A stretch of DNA of 64,000 nt from a bacterium (GTDB taxonomy: Bacteria > Bacillota_I > Bacilli_A > RF39 > UBA660): positions 8,394-72,393 of the forward strand of contig CAVIUA010000024.1 in assembly GCA_963645945.1 (NCBI GenBank). Direction: 5' to 3'. A model generated the notes under the pieces. That model had not been told where the DNA came from and did not search any database. It was given only the letters and a program-made list of their open reading frames with translations. The position numbers and the translations under genes were made by a program. Shown here in pieces: positions 1 to 8,241 of the stretch. The first letter of the stretch is position 1. Each line of letters begins with the position of its first letter.

Positions 1-1449
1 TATTTTACAATGACACCAGATAGTTTCGATTACACTGCATTTATTTTAAAATATTATGTACCATATATTTTTGTGGCAAATACAACAGGTAAAATAGAAA
101 AAGTAGATGTCTATACACAACATAGTTATAGACCAGTAGTTAATCTTGCTAATTATATTTATTATGCATCAGGAACAGGTACAGCTGATGATCCATATAT
201 ACCAAAATTAGAATCAATTCCAGTATATCAATATACTTTAACTCCTGTACCGGATGATGCTTCAGTTACAATAAAAGTAAATGACGAAGTAGTAGCAGAA
301 GGAACAGGAGAAACAACAATATCAGCTAAATATAAAGATGTAATTACTTATACAGTTACAAAAGAAGGATATTTTAGCAAAACTGGAACATATACCATGG
401 GGAAAAAATCTCATCCTGAAACTGTAACATTAATTGAAAAAAGTCAAGTGCTATCTACTTATATTAAAAATATGTATGCCAATGCTGATGACAAAACAAA
501 ATATGGTATGACTAATACTTATGGATTCGAATATTCAGTATCAACAACAATACGAGATGATAAACTTGGTGGTACGGTCTCAACTCAAGGAAATTTAAGA
601 TTCTCCGGAACTAATCCAAATAACTATATTTATTTTAATTGCTCGGACTATTCTAATCAATCATCATCAACATGTGAGACATGGCGTATTATTGGAGTCT
701 TTGGTAACAAAGTGAAATTAGTTAGACAAACTTCTATTGGACAATACTCATGGGCAAGTAACTCAGGAACAACAATAAATAAATGGGAACCTGATTCTGC
801 AAATAATTATACTGGAGCAGCTATAATGAATTTACTAAATCCAGGATATGAGAATCTATCATCAAATAACAGTCTATATTGGAATGCTTCATCTGGTACT
901 TGTTATAATGGTGAAAACCTTTCAACAACAGCCTGTGATTTTACATCAACAGGATTGAAAAATGATACAACAAGAAATTTAATAAGTACAGAAACATATT
1001 ATCTATATAGTCCAGCAACAGGTGAATTATATGCTGACAAACTTTATGAACAAGAAAGAGGAACTGGTAGCCTTTATTCAGGTACTGATGATAGTCCTCC
1101 AATGACTAGATCTGGAACATGGGAAGGTAAAGTAGGACTTATATATCCGTCAGACCATGCTTATGCAACAACACCAAACGCATGTGCATTACCTCTATAC
1201 AACTGGAATTCATTATGTTTAAATCAAGACTGGCTAGCATATTCAGAGGAAGAAAGATTAATGACGCCATCATTCAAACAAGGTAGGGCCTGGTTTGCAA
1301 GAAAAATAGGTACATTAGCAGGACATGTTGGTTCTGGAGATGCAGCCGATGCTAAAAACATAAGACCGGTTTTATATTTGTATGAAAATCAAAAATTTAA
1401 ATCAGGTGATGGTACAGAAAGTAATCCTTACCAATTATTAGTAGAATAA
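1..1449 (+). CDS. Secreted/surface protein, C-terminal part (5' end lies outside the window); PEGA/Ig-like segment plus a Cys-rich beta module
   Basis: The frame is open from nt 1 (tat-ttt-aca precedes the ATG at 10), so ORF 10..1449 is probably a fragment of a larger gene. It has a PEGA-like stretch (YTLTPVPDDASVTIKVNDEVV...YTVTKEGY). The C-terminal module ends IRPVLYLYENQKFKSGDGTESNPYQLLVE. The same end-signature (YRPVVNL..GTGTADDPYIP) already occurs at nt 127-204. The protein is paralogous to the C-terminal half of 2007..5081. Confidence 0.6.
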   Translation, partial: YFTMTPDSFDYTAFILKYYVPYIFVANTTGKIEKVDVYTQHSYRPVVNLANYIYYASGTGTADDPYIPKLESIPVYQYTLTPVPDDASVTIKVNDEVVAEGTGETTISAKYKDVITYTVTKEGYFSKTGTYTMGKKSHPETVTLIEKSQVLSTYIKNMYANADDKTKYGMTNTYGFEYSVSTTIRDDKLGGTVSTQGNLRFSGTNPNNYIYFNCSDYSNQSSSTCETWRIIGVFGNKVKLVRQTSIGQYSWASNSGTTINKWEPDSANNYTGAAIMNLLNPGYENLSSNNSLYWNASSGTCYNGENLSTTACDFTSTGLKNDTTRNLISTETYYLYSPATGELYADKLYEQERGTGSLYSGTDDSPPMTRSGTWEGKVGLIYPSDHAYATTPNACALPLYNWNSLCLNQDWLAYSEEERLMTPSFKQGRAWFARKIGTLAGHVGSGDAADAKNIRPVLYLYENQKFKSGDGTESNPYQLLVE

Positions 1450-1475
1450 TATTAATATGTAAAAAAATAAACACA

Positions 1476-1503
1476 ACACAGACCTAAATGGCTCTGTGTT
1501 TTT
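1476..1503 (+). terminator. Rho-independent terminator after the surface-protein gene
   Basis: The stem aacacagacc / ggctctgtgtt is about 9 bp with one bulge, has loop taaat, and is followed by TTTT. The ORF-track start at 1496 lies inside this hairpin. Confidence 0.6.
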
Positions 1504-1519
1504 GAAAAAATTTAATTTA

Positions 1520-1837
1520 AAACTTACAAAACACGATATTGAACAAGGGACGGTAACTACTTCAAACCTTGATTCAATTTATCGTGAACAAAAAGGTGAG
1601 TGCTTTCTTCTTGAAATTATTCCACCAGAAACCTTTGCCTTTGCTATTAATGCTATTCAAAAGCGACCAGTAGTTATAACCAATGAAACTGGAAAAGACA
1701 AGATTGAAGTAAGACATATATTGCCAATCACAATCGCTATTGATCATCGAGTTCTTGACTATTCTGATGTTGTTCCATTAATGAGATAGTTTGATGAAAT
1801 ATTTGCTAATGCCAAAATTATTCAAAGTTGGAAATAG
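1520..1837 (+). pseudogene. Relic of the C-terminal catalytic domain of a 2-oxoacid dehydrogenase E2 (dihydrolipoamide acyltransferase)
   Basis: The translation GTVTTSNL...IIPPETFAFAINAIQKRPVV...IEVRHILPITIAIDHRVLDYSDV matches the E2 pattern GGTFTISNLG..INPPQ.AILG.G.I..RPVV...V...M.LSLS.DHR.IDGA. There is no lipoyl or E1/E3-binding part and no credible start. An in-frame TAG at 1787-1789 is followed by 15 more codons of E2-like tail (FDEIFANAKII). Confidence 0.5.
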
Positions 1838-2006
1838 AACTATATAGAAAAACATTTTATAAAAATAAGTGCACGTCTTTCAAAAAGATGTGCATTTTTA
1901 AATTCGAAGATATAAATCCTCGTAAAATAATATATTTTTTATACCGATATTGAAATTAAAGTAAATAAATGGTAAAATATAAATGTAAATAATAAGTAAA
2001 GGGTTA

Positions 2007-5000
2007 GTGATGAGAATGTTTAAAAAAAAGATAGCTAATTTAGTCATTAATCAATTACCTTTAGCAAAAAATAAAAAAAAATTACTATTAAGTTCTATTG
2101 TTTTGATAGGACTTTTAATAATGATTATAAATTCTTCATTTGCTAATCTAACACCAGTATCAAGTATAATTATACCTTCAACTACATTGTCATACGAAAG
2201 TAATGAAGAAGGTTCCTGGCAAATAACTAAAACAGCATCCTGGTTAAATAAAAGTAAAGCAAGAATTAATATAGAAGTAGATACAATTCAAAAAAGAAAA
2301 ACAGAATATACAGACATTGTATTAGTGTTAGATATCTCAGGTAGTATGCAAGGGAGTAAATTCATTAAAGTACAGGAATGCATAAATAGTCTAATAAGCG
2401 AAACAACTCAGAAAGGAAATAAAATTGCGTTAATTGCCTTCAATAATAATGCAACAATAGTTAATAATTTTACAACTGATACAAATACATTACAAACTAG
2501 CGTAACTAACTTAAAACCATCAGCTGGAGCAAACTATTATCAAGCACTAGTAAAAACTGGAGAATTATTAAGTTCATATACAAAAGAGGATAATAGAGAC
2601 TGCGTAATAATATTCTTAACAGATGGACTACCTACAATTGATACACCGAATGAAGTAGGTGAATACAATTATCTTAAAAACAAATATAATTATTTAGAAA
2701 TTATTGGTATTCAATATGAACAAGGAGATGAAGTTCTAGGAGCATTAAAAAACATAACTGATACACAATATATTACTGATAAAAATAACTTGAGTGAATA
2801 CCTAACAAAAGCCTCAACAACAACTTTATCTTATGATACTTTTGAATTAACAGATTACATTAATGAAGAATATTTTAATTTAAATAAAGATGCTACAGTA
2901 AATGTAACTTCTGGAGAAATAAGCATAAATAAAAATAAAATAATCTGGAATTTATCAGGACTAAAAACAGGAAATGCTGCATCACTTACAATGGATATAA
3001 ACTTAAATAGTGATTTAGTAGGAGTAGGAGGTACCTATTCAACTCATACACAAACGGATTTATCCTATAAAATAGATTCAACATCACAAACAGAATCGTC
3101 TAAAAAAACTACAGTATTGAAAGACAAATATACAGTAATATATAATGGAAATACTCCATTAGGTTGTACTGTATCAAATGTACCAAGTTCACGTAATTAT
3201 TTTGTATATGATACAGTTAAAATAGACGAAACAAATCCAGTATGTAATGGATACCAGTTTCAAGGATGGGAGATAGTTAATACCAATGTTAAAAAAATAA
3301 ATGAAAATGAATTCACTATGCCAGAAGAAAATGTAACCTTAATCGCAATATGGAAAAAATTAAGTATTATAAAAAATATAGATGGAACTGTATCCTCTGT
3401 TCCATCACTATATGAAAAAATTGCTAAAAAGACAAATGGATTAGATCAAAATATAGACTTTAGTGCTGTACCAAACAGTTCGGAATCTGGAGTCTATACC
3501 AGAAGTTCAACTTCAGAAGATATATATCCAGTATATTATTATCGTGGAAATGTTGATGACAACAATGTTCTATTTGCAGGACTTTGTTGGAAAATAGTAA
3601 GGACAACAAGTACTGGCGGAGTAAAACTCATTTATAATGGTTCATATGATGAGACAAACAAATGTAATAATACAGGAGAAAATAGTCAAATTTCACTTGG
3701 TGAATTTAATGCACAATATACAACAGCATCAGATGTAGGGTACATGTATGGTAAAAGATACGAATATAGTACTTATCAGTCACCAGGTGTTAATGTATTA
3801 ACAAGACATTCTAGTAGAAATACGACATATTATTATGCATCGTCTATTAGCTATTCATATTCATCAGGAACATATACTCTTGAAGAACCTTCTAAACAAT
3901 CTTGGACAGATAATTATAGCAATTTAATAGGATATTATACATGTTTAAACGAATCAACAACATGTACAAAAGTCTATTATGTAGTAGCAACAGATAACAC
4001 ATATCAGTACGATGTGAGTTTATCATCAGGATATACTAATCCAAACGAAGAAACAATTATTTTAGGTGAAAATATAATAGATAATGGTGATGGTACATAT
4101 TCTTTAGAAAATCCTACTTTAGTAAATAAGATAGACTGGTATAGCAATTACAATACTTATAAGAATTACTATATGTGCAAAGGATTAAGTACTACAACAT
4201 GTAATAACAAGTATCTTGTAACAGCAACAAGTAGTTATAGAATAACATATGATGATACAAATAATTATGTATATGGAAATGATGTATATTGGGATGGTTA
4301 TCAATATAAACTTGTAGATACATATAGTTCAACAAACTCCTGGTCAAAAGATAGAACAACTCTCGCTAAAAAATATCATTATACATGTCTTAATACAACA
4401 GGAAAATGTAGCCAAGTATATTATATTCAATACTTTGGTAGTAGTTCAGTTATATATTATTTAACAATGTCATCAGGTGAAAATATAGAAGATGTCAAAG
4501 AAAAAATGTTTACAAATATTTCTGATTCAACAATCAAAGAAGCATTAGATACCTGGTATAAAAACAACATGACTAGTTATACTGACAAACTCGAAGATAC
4601 CATCTGGTGTAATGATAGAACTATATATTCCGGGTCATTAGCTGGAAAAGATGTAAATGCCACAACTTCTTACTCTAGATTTAGTACATATAATAGAGTT
4701 TATATCGAACTTAATCCAACACTCTCTTGTTCTAATTTATCAAGAGACGGTTTCACAGTTTCTACAGATTCTGGAGGAAATGGTAAATTAACTTATCCGG
4801 CCGGACTACTAACAGTTGATGAAGTTATTTTAGCAGGAGCAACAAGTAAAACTAACACAGATTATTATCTATATTCAGATTCACAATATTGGCTTATGTC
4901 ACCGGCTGGATTTAGTACAAGTTTTCATTCTTGTACGTTTAATATCAATTCATATGGAACTTTGGCTAATAATCGTGTAGTAGGAAAATATGGAATAAGA

Positions 5001-5081
5001 CCTTCAATTTCCTTATCATCTGGAGTTAAGACATCAGGCGGTCTTGGAACGGTAGATGACCCATACGTAATTGACAGTTAA
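2007..5081 (+). CDS. Large membrane-anchored or secreted adhesin-like protein: N-terminal TM/signal anchor, VWA domain, Listeria-Bacteroides repeat, C-terminal Cys-rich module
   Basis: The signal anchor is KKKLLLSSIVLIGLLIMIINSSFA. The VWA domain has an intact MIDAS motif DISGSMQGSK (nt ~2313-2817) plus the LTDG motif. The Listeria-Bacteroides (Flg_new-type) repeat is KYTVIYNGN...GYQFQGWE...ENVTLIAIWKKL (nt 3126-3362). The C-terminus reads YWLMSPAG...GIRPSISLSSGVKTSGGLGTVDDPYVIDS. The start could be GTG 2007, ATG 2010 or ATG 2016. Confidence 0.8.
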   Translation: MMRMFKKKIANLVINQLPLAKNKKKLLLSSIVLIGLLIMIINSSFANLTPVSSIIIPSTTLSYESNEEGSWQITKTASWLNKSKARINIEVDTIQKRKTEYTDIVLVLDISGSMQGSKFIKVQECINSLISETTQKGNKIALIAFNNNATIVNNFTTDTNTLQTSVTNLKPSAGANYYQALVKTGELLSSYTKEDNRDCVIIFLTDGLPTIDTPNEVGEYNYLKNKYNYLEIIGIQYEQGDEVLGALKNITDTQYITDKNNLSEYLTKASTTTLSYDTFELTDYINEEYFNLNKDATVNVTSGEISINKNKIIWNLSGLKTGNAASLTMDINLNSDLVGVGGTYSTHTQTDLSYKIDSTSQTESSKKTTVLKDKYTVIYNGNTPLGCTVSNVPSSRNYFVYDTVKIDETNPVCNGYQFQGWEIVNTNVKKINENEFTMPEENVTLIAIWKKLSIIKNIDGTVSSVPSLYEKIAKKTNGLDQNIDFSAVPNSSESGVYTRSSTSEDIYPVYYYRGNVDDNNVLFAGLCWKIVRTTSTGGVKLIYNGSYDETNKCNNTGENSQISLGEFNAQYTTASDVGYMYGKRYEYSTYQSPGVNVLTRHSSRNTTYYYASSISYSYSSGTYTLEEPSKQSWTDNYSNLIGYYTCLNESTTCTKVYYVVATDNTYQYDVSLSSGYTNPNEETIILGENIIDNGDGTYSLENPTLVNKIDWYSNYNTYKNYYMCKGLSTTTCNNKYLVTATSSYRITYDDTNNYVYGNDVYWDGYQYKLVDTYSSTNSWSKDRTTLAKKYHYTCLNTTGKCSQVYYIQYFGSSSVIYYLTMSSGENIEDVKEKMFTNISDSTIKEALDTWYKNNMTSYTDKLEDTIWCNDRTIYSGSLAGKDVNATTSYSRFSTYNRVYIELNPTLSCSNLSRDGFTVSTDSGGNGKLTYPAGLLTVDEVILAGATSKTNTDYYLYSDSQYWLMSPAGFSTSFHSCTFNINSYGTLANNRVVGKYGIRPSISLSSGVKTSGGLGTVDDPYVIDS

Positions 5082-5100
5082 AAAAATATTCAAATACTCA

Positions 5101-5135
5101 AAACGACATGAAACACCATGCCGTTTTTGCTTTTT
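5101..5135 (+). terminator. Rho-independent terminator after the VWA gene
   Basis: aaacgacatg-aaacac-catgccgttt forms a 10-position stem with 1 mismatch, followed by a T-rich tail. It covers the ORF-track ATG at 5118, which argues against that start. Confidence 0.6.
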
Positions 5136-5207
5136 ATCAATTACTTTATATTGACTTTTAGGCAAATTTATAGTATAATATGCAGGCAAGTAAAGGACTG
5201 GTGCGAT

Positions 5208-7238
5208 ATGAAAAGTATTTGGAAAAAAGAAAAAACAATATTAAGTTGTGAACAAGAAAAACAAATTGATAGTTTCTTCGCAAATCTTGAAGAAAGTAAG
5301 ACCTTAGAATATCGTGCAGGTCAACATACCATGGCATTAGATATAGCTGATGCTATAAAAGACCGCAGTATTTTATTAATAGAGTCAGGCGTAGGATCAG
5401 GTAAATCCTGGGCCTATTTAGTGCCTTTGATATATGCAAGTTCTGGTAGTGATAAATTTAAAGGATTCATCATTTCAACATCATCAAAAGCTCTACAAGA
5501 CCAATTGAAAAAAGAAATAGAAACTTTATCTGAAATGCTAGGTTTGCCAAAGAAGATAGATGTTACTATAGCTAAAGGTAGAACTAACTACTTATGTAAA
5601 AGACGTTTTGAATATTTTGAAAAAAATGCTGGTCAAACCGAAAAAGTAAAAAGTATTAAGGATAGAATAAAAGAAGGTAAGGTAGAACGAACAGATTATA
5701 ATGATATTAGTCAAATAGACTGGAAGAAAATGAATGTTGATAAAGTTAGATGTACTAACTGTTTGTATGAATCGGAGTGTACTTATCGAGTAAAAAGAAA
5801 GCGTTGGCCAGAGTCAAAAGCTATTATTTGTAACCATAACTTATTAGTAGAATCATTAAAAAGAAATGGTGTAAATCCTTTATTAAATGAACCATCAATT
5901 CTAATTGTAGATGAGGCTCATACTTTAGAAGAAAAAATAAGAGACTCTTATAAAAAAAGTTTAAATAAGCAGGAATTAGAATCATTAATTTATGGATTAT
6001 ACCGTTATTTGAATAAAAATGTTAAAAACGATATACCCGTTCTTGGTACTATCAATAGTCTATTTAGAAAAATAAGTACTAGCGCCAAAAGAGAATATAA
6101 TAAACACGCTATTGAAAATGTTGATGTTTTTGATTCTGAAAATTCTGGTTTTAAATGTACTGCTGCCATAAAAGAATCAATAGGAACATTAATAAAACAA
6201 TTAGAAGAATTAGAAGAAGAAGCAATATTTAATAATGGTTATAACAGAACTAAAGACTTCATAGAACAAATTAATGCCTTACAAGAGACTAAACGAGCTT
6301 TTCAAGATCTAATTTTATCAAATGAAGATCAAAAGAATGTTTACTGGGCAGTCTTCTTACCTGGGACAAAAGAACATATTGAAATACAATATGTACCAAG
6401 AAACATACCAGAGCTTGCCAGAAATTTATTGAAAAATCCAAATTACGGTAAAGTATTTACATCAGCAACTCTAACAACTGAAGGAGATTATGAGTACTTC
6501 AGTAAAGGATTAGGAATAGATAATAAAATAGGTAGTCGTATTACAACAGAAGACCCACAAAAGTCTCCCTTTGATTATAATAACAACGCTATGCTATATT
6601 GTCCTTTAGACTTAGTATCGCCAAAGGATCCTGATCATGACAGTTACTTATCGTCTATTTCTACAAGAATTAATGAATTATTAGATGTAACTGAAGGAAG
6701 AACACTAGTATTATTTACTTCTAAAAGTGATATGCGTGAAGTATATAATAGAATAAAAGGTGAAAATAAACCTTACAACATCTATCTTCAAGAAGATGGG
6801 CAAGACATAGAAACATTAAAACGAAATTTTAAAGAAGATACAACTTCTTGTCTTTTCGCAACTGGTTCATTCTGGGAAGGCATAGATATTAAAGGTGAAT
6901 CACTAGAAAGTGTTATCATACCAAAACTACCATTTCATGTCGTAGATCCTGTAATGGATGCTAAAGCAAAGTACTATGCCGGTGGCTCAAATGCTGTCTA
7001 CTTACAAGATATGCTTATAAAATTAAAACAAGGAGCAGGACGTCTAATTAGAAGTGAAACAGATAAAGGAATAGTCTCAATTCTAGACTCTAGGATAAAA
7101 GACTATGGCGAAGCAGTTGAAGAAACTCTACCATTTACAAAAATAACGGATGACATTGAAAAAGTAAAAGACTTTGCTGCCGAGGCCTTGAAGAAAGAAA
7201 AAGGTATTCAAAAAGTAAAAACAAATAATCAAAAATAA
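5208..7238 (+). CDS. DinG/XPD-family (Rad3-like) SF2 DNA helicase with a putative 4-Cys Fe-S domain
   Basis: Walker A is ESGVGSGKSWAYLVP and the DEAH box is VDEAHTLEE. Other motifs are FTSATL, GSFWEGIDIKG and QGAGRLIRS. Cysteines lie between the Walker motifs (YLCKRR, VRCTNCLYESEC, IICNHN). I moved the start to ATG 5208, which has TAGTATAAT at 5171-5179 and an AAAGGA RBS upstream. The ORF-track start 5118 lies in the upstream terminator. Confidence 0.8.
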   Translation: MKSIWKKEKTILSCEQEKQIDSFFANLEESKTLEYRAGQHTMALDIADAIKDRSILLIESGVGSGKSWAYLVPLIYASSGSDKFKGFIISTSSKALQDQLKKEIETLSEMLGLPKKIDVTIAKGRTNYLCKRRFEYFEKNAGQTEKVKSIKDRIKEGKVERTDYNDISQIDWKKMNVDKVRCTNCLYESECTYRVKRKRWPESKAIICNHNLLVESLKRNGVNPLLNEPSILIVDEAHTLEEKIRDSYKKSLNKQELESLIYGLYRYLNKNVKNDIPVLGTINSLFRKISTSAKREYNKHAIENVDVFDSENSGFKCTAAIKESIGTLIKQLEELEEEAIFNNGYNRTKDFIEQINALQETKRAFQDLILSNEDQKNVYWAVFLPGTKEHIEIQYVPRNIPELARNLLKNPNYGKVFTSATLTTEGDYEYFSKGLGIDNKIGSRITTEDPQKSPFDYNNNAMLYCPLDLVSPKDPDHDSYLSSISTRINELLDVTEGRTLVLFTSKSDMREVYNRIKGENKPYNIYLQEDGQDIETLKRNFKEDTTSCLFATGSFWEGIDIKGESLESVIIPKLPFHVVDPVMDAKAKYYAGGSNAVYLQDMLIKLKQGAGRLIRSETDKGIVSILDSRIKDYGEAVEETLPFTKITDDIEKVKDFAAEALKKEKGIQKVKTNNQK

Positions 7239-7251
7239 GGAGGTAAAATAT

Positions 7252-8241
7252 ATGGATTTTGTAAAAGTTACTGATGATAAAAACATAAATAGTTTACTAG
7301 CAGCCATAAATCAAAACTTAAGAACAACTAATTATATACAAAAAGAAATGCAAAAACGAAACACTTCACAAAGTGTTTTTGTCAGCAACTTTTCTGATGA
7401 AAATCCTCTTATAGAAGAAATATCTCCTTTCTTATCAGAACAAGAAACTGATCAATTTGAAAATGACATTTTATATTACATGAGTGAACTATCATCACTT
7501 AAGACAGGTTCTAGTAAAGATGAAATAAGGGAAGTTTTACCCGATAAAGATGACTATGATTATGAAAAAGTTTTACTAAGACTAATGGCTGAATTAGTAA
7601 GAGAAAATAATGATATGGCAATTTTTTCTGATGAAGAGGGAGTTTCCTTAGAAGAAAAGAAATTTTTAGCTTCTGAAATAGAAGAAAACTTAAGAAGAAA
7701 AGACATTTTAAAAGAATTAGTTACTGAAAAAGAAAAAAAAGAAGAAAGCGAAGTTCATGAAGAAAATAAATTGATATTCATGCCAACTCAGTCTGGAAAT
7801 CCTTGTGTTATAAGTGAATTAAAACACATTGACTCAGAATACTATGAAAGTTTTGCTTCTTTATTTGAATCTATTATTACTGGAAAATTTAAAAACTTAC
7901 GAAAATTTAGTCCAAACAGCGCTGTTGCTGGACTATTCGAAGTAAAAGATTTTGCTATAAGAGTTATTTTATCAAGACTAGGGCCAAGAGAATATTGCGT
8001 AATATCCGCTTTTACTAAAAAGACTGATAGTAATAAAGATTATCAAGAACAAATAAATCTACGTGCCTCTAATTTTAGAAAATTAGAAGCAAGTCTAAAA
8101 GAAAATATTAAAAATGATGAATTTATGCAACTACAAGCTACTTACCAAGAAGAATTATTTAACATGTTAGGAAGAGAGTCTAAAAAAGGAATACAAAAAG
8201 AAAAAAAGGATGATTTAAATGACACTACAAGAAATAATTAA
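7252..8241 (+). CDS. Hypothetical protein: acidic N-terminal region of about 170 aa plus a C-terminal RelE/HigB (Gp49-like) toxin-fold-like region
   Basis: A GGAGG RBS lies 13 nt after the helicase stop. The C-terminal segment LIFMPTQSGNPCVISELKHIDSEYYESFASLFESIITG...AGLFEVKDFAIRVILSRLGPREYCVISAFTKKTDSNKDYQEQINLRASNF fits the Gp49/HigB pattern (I.F....G..V.EFL..L......I...I..L..G....K.L..GLYELR....IRI.Y......IVLLHGF.KKT.KTP..EI..A..R). Confidence 0.55.
   Translation: MDFVKVTDDKNINSLLAAINQNLRTTNYIQKEMQKRNTSQSVFVSNFSDENPLIEEISPFLSEQETDQFENDILYYMSELSSLKTGSSKDEIREVLPDKDDYDYEKVLLRLMAELVRENNDMAIFSDEEGVSLEEKKFLASEIEENLRRKDILKELVTEKEKKEESEVHEENKLIFMPTQSGNPCVISELKHIDSEYYESFASLFESIITGKFKNLRKFSPNSAVAGLFEVKDFAIRVILSRLGPREYCVISAFTKKTDSNKDYQEQINLRASNFRKLEASLKENIKNDEFMQLQATYQEELFNMLGRESKKGIQKEKKDDLNDTTRNN

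Noticed and set aside
5118-5207. The N-terminal 30-codon extension of the DinG-like helicase as called by the ORF track. The same issue affects the extensions at 12348, 20976, 13118, 21872, 26334, 40209, 41596, 61300 and 61883.
   Set aside because: The 5118 ATG lies inside the upstream terminator hairpin. In each case an internal ATG with a proper Shine-Dalgarno sequence exists, and the extension either overlaps the previous gene or encodes non-conserved sequence.
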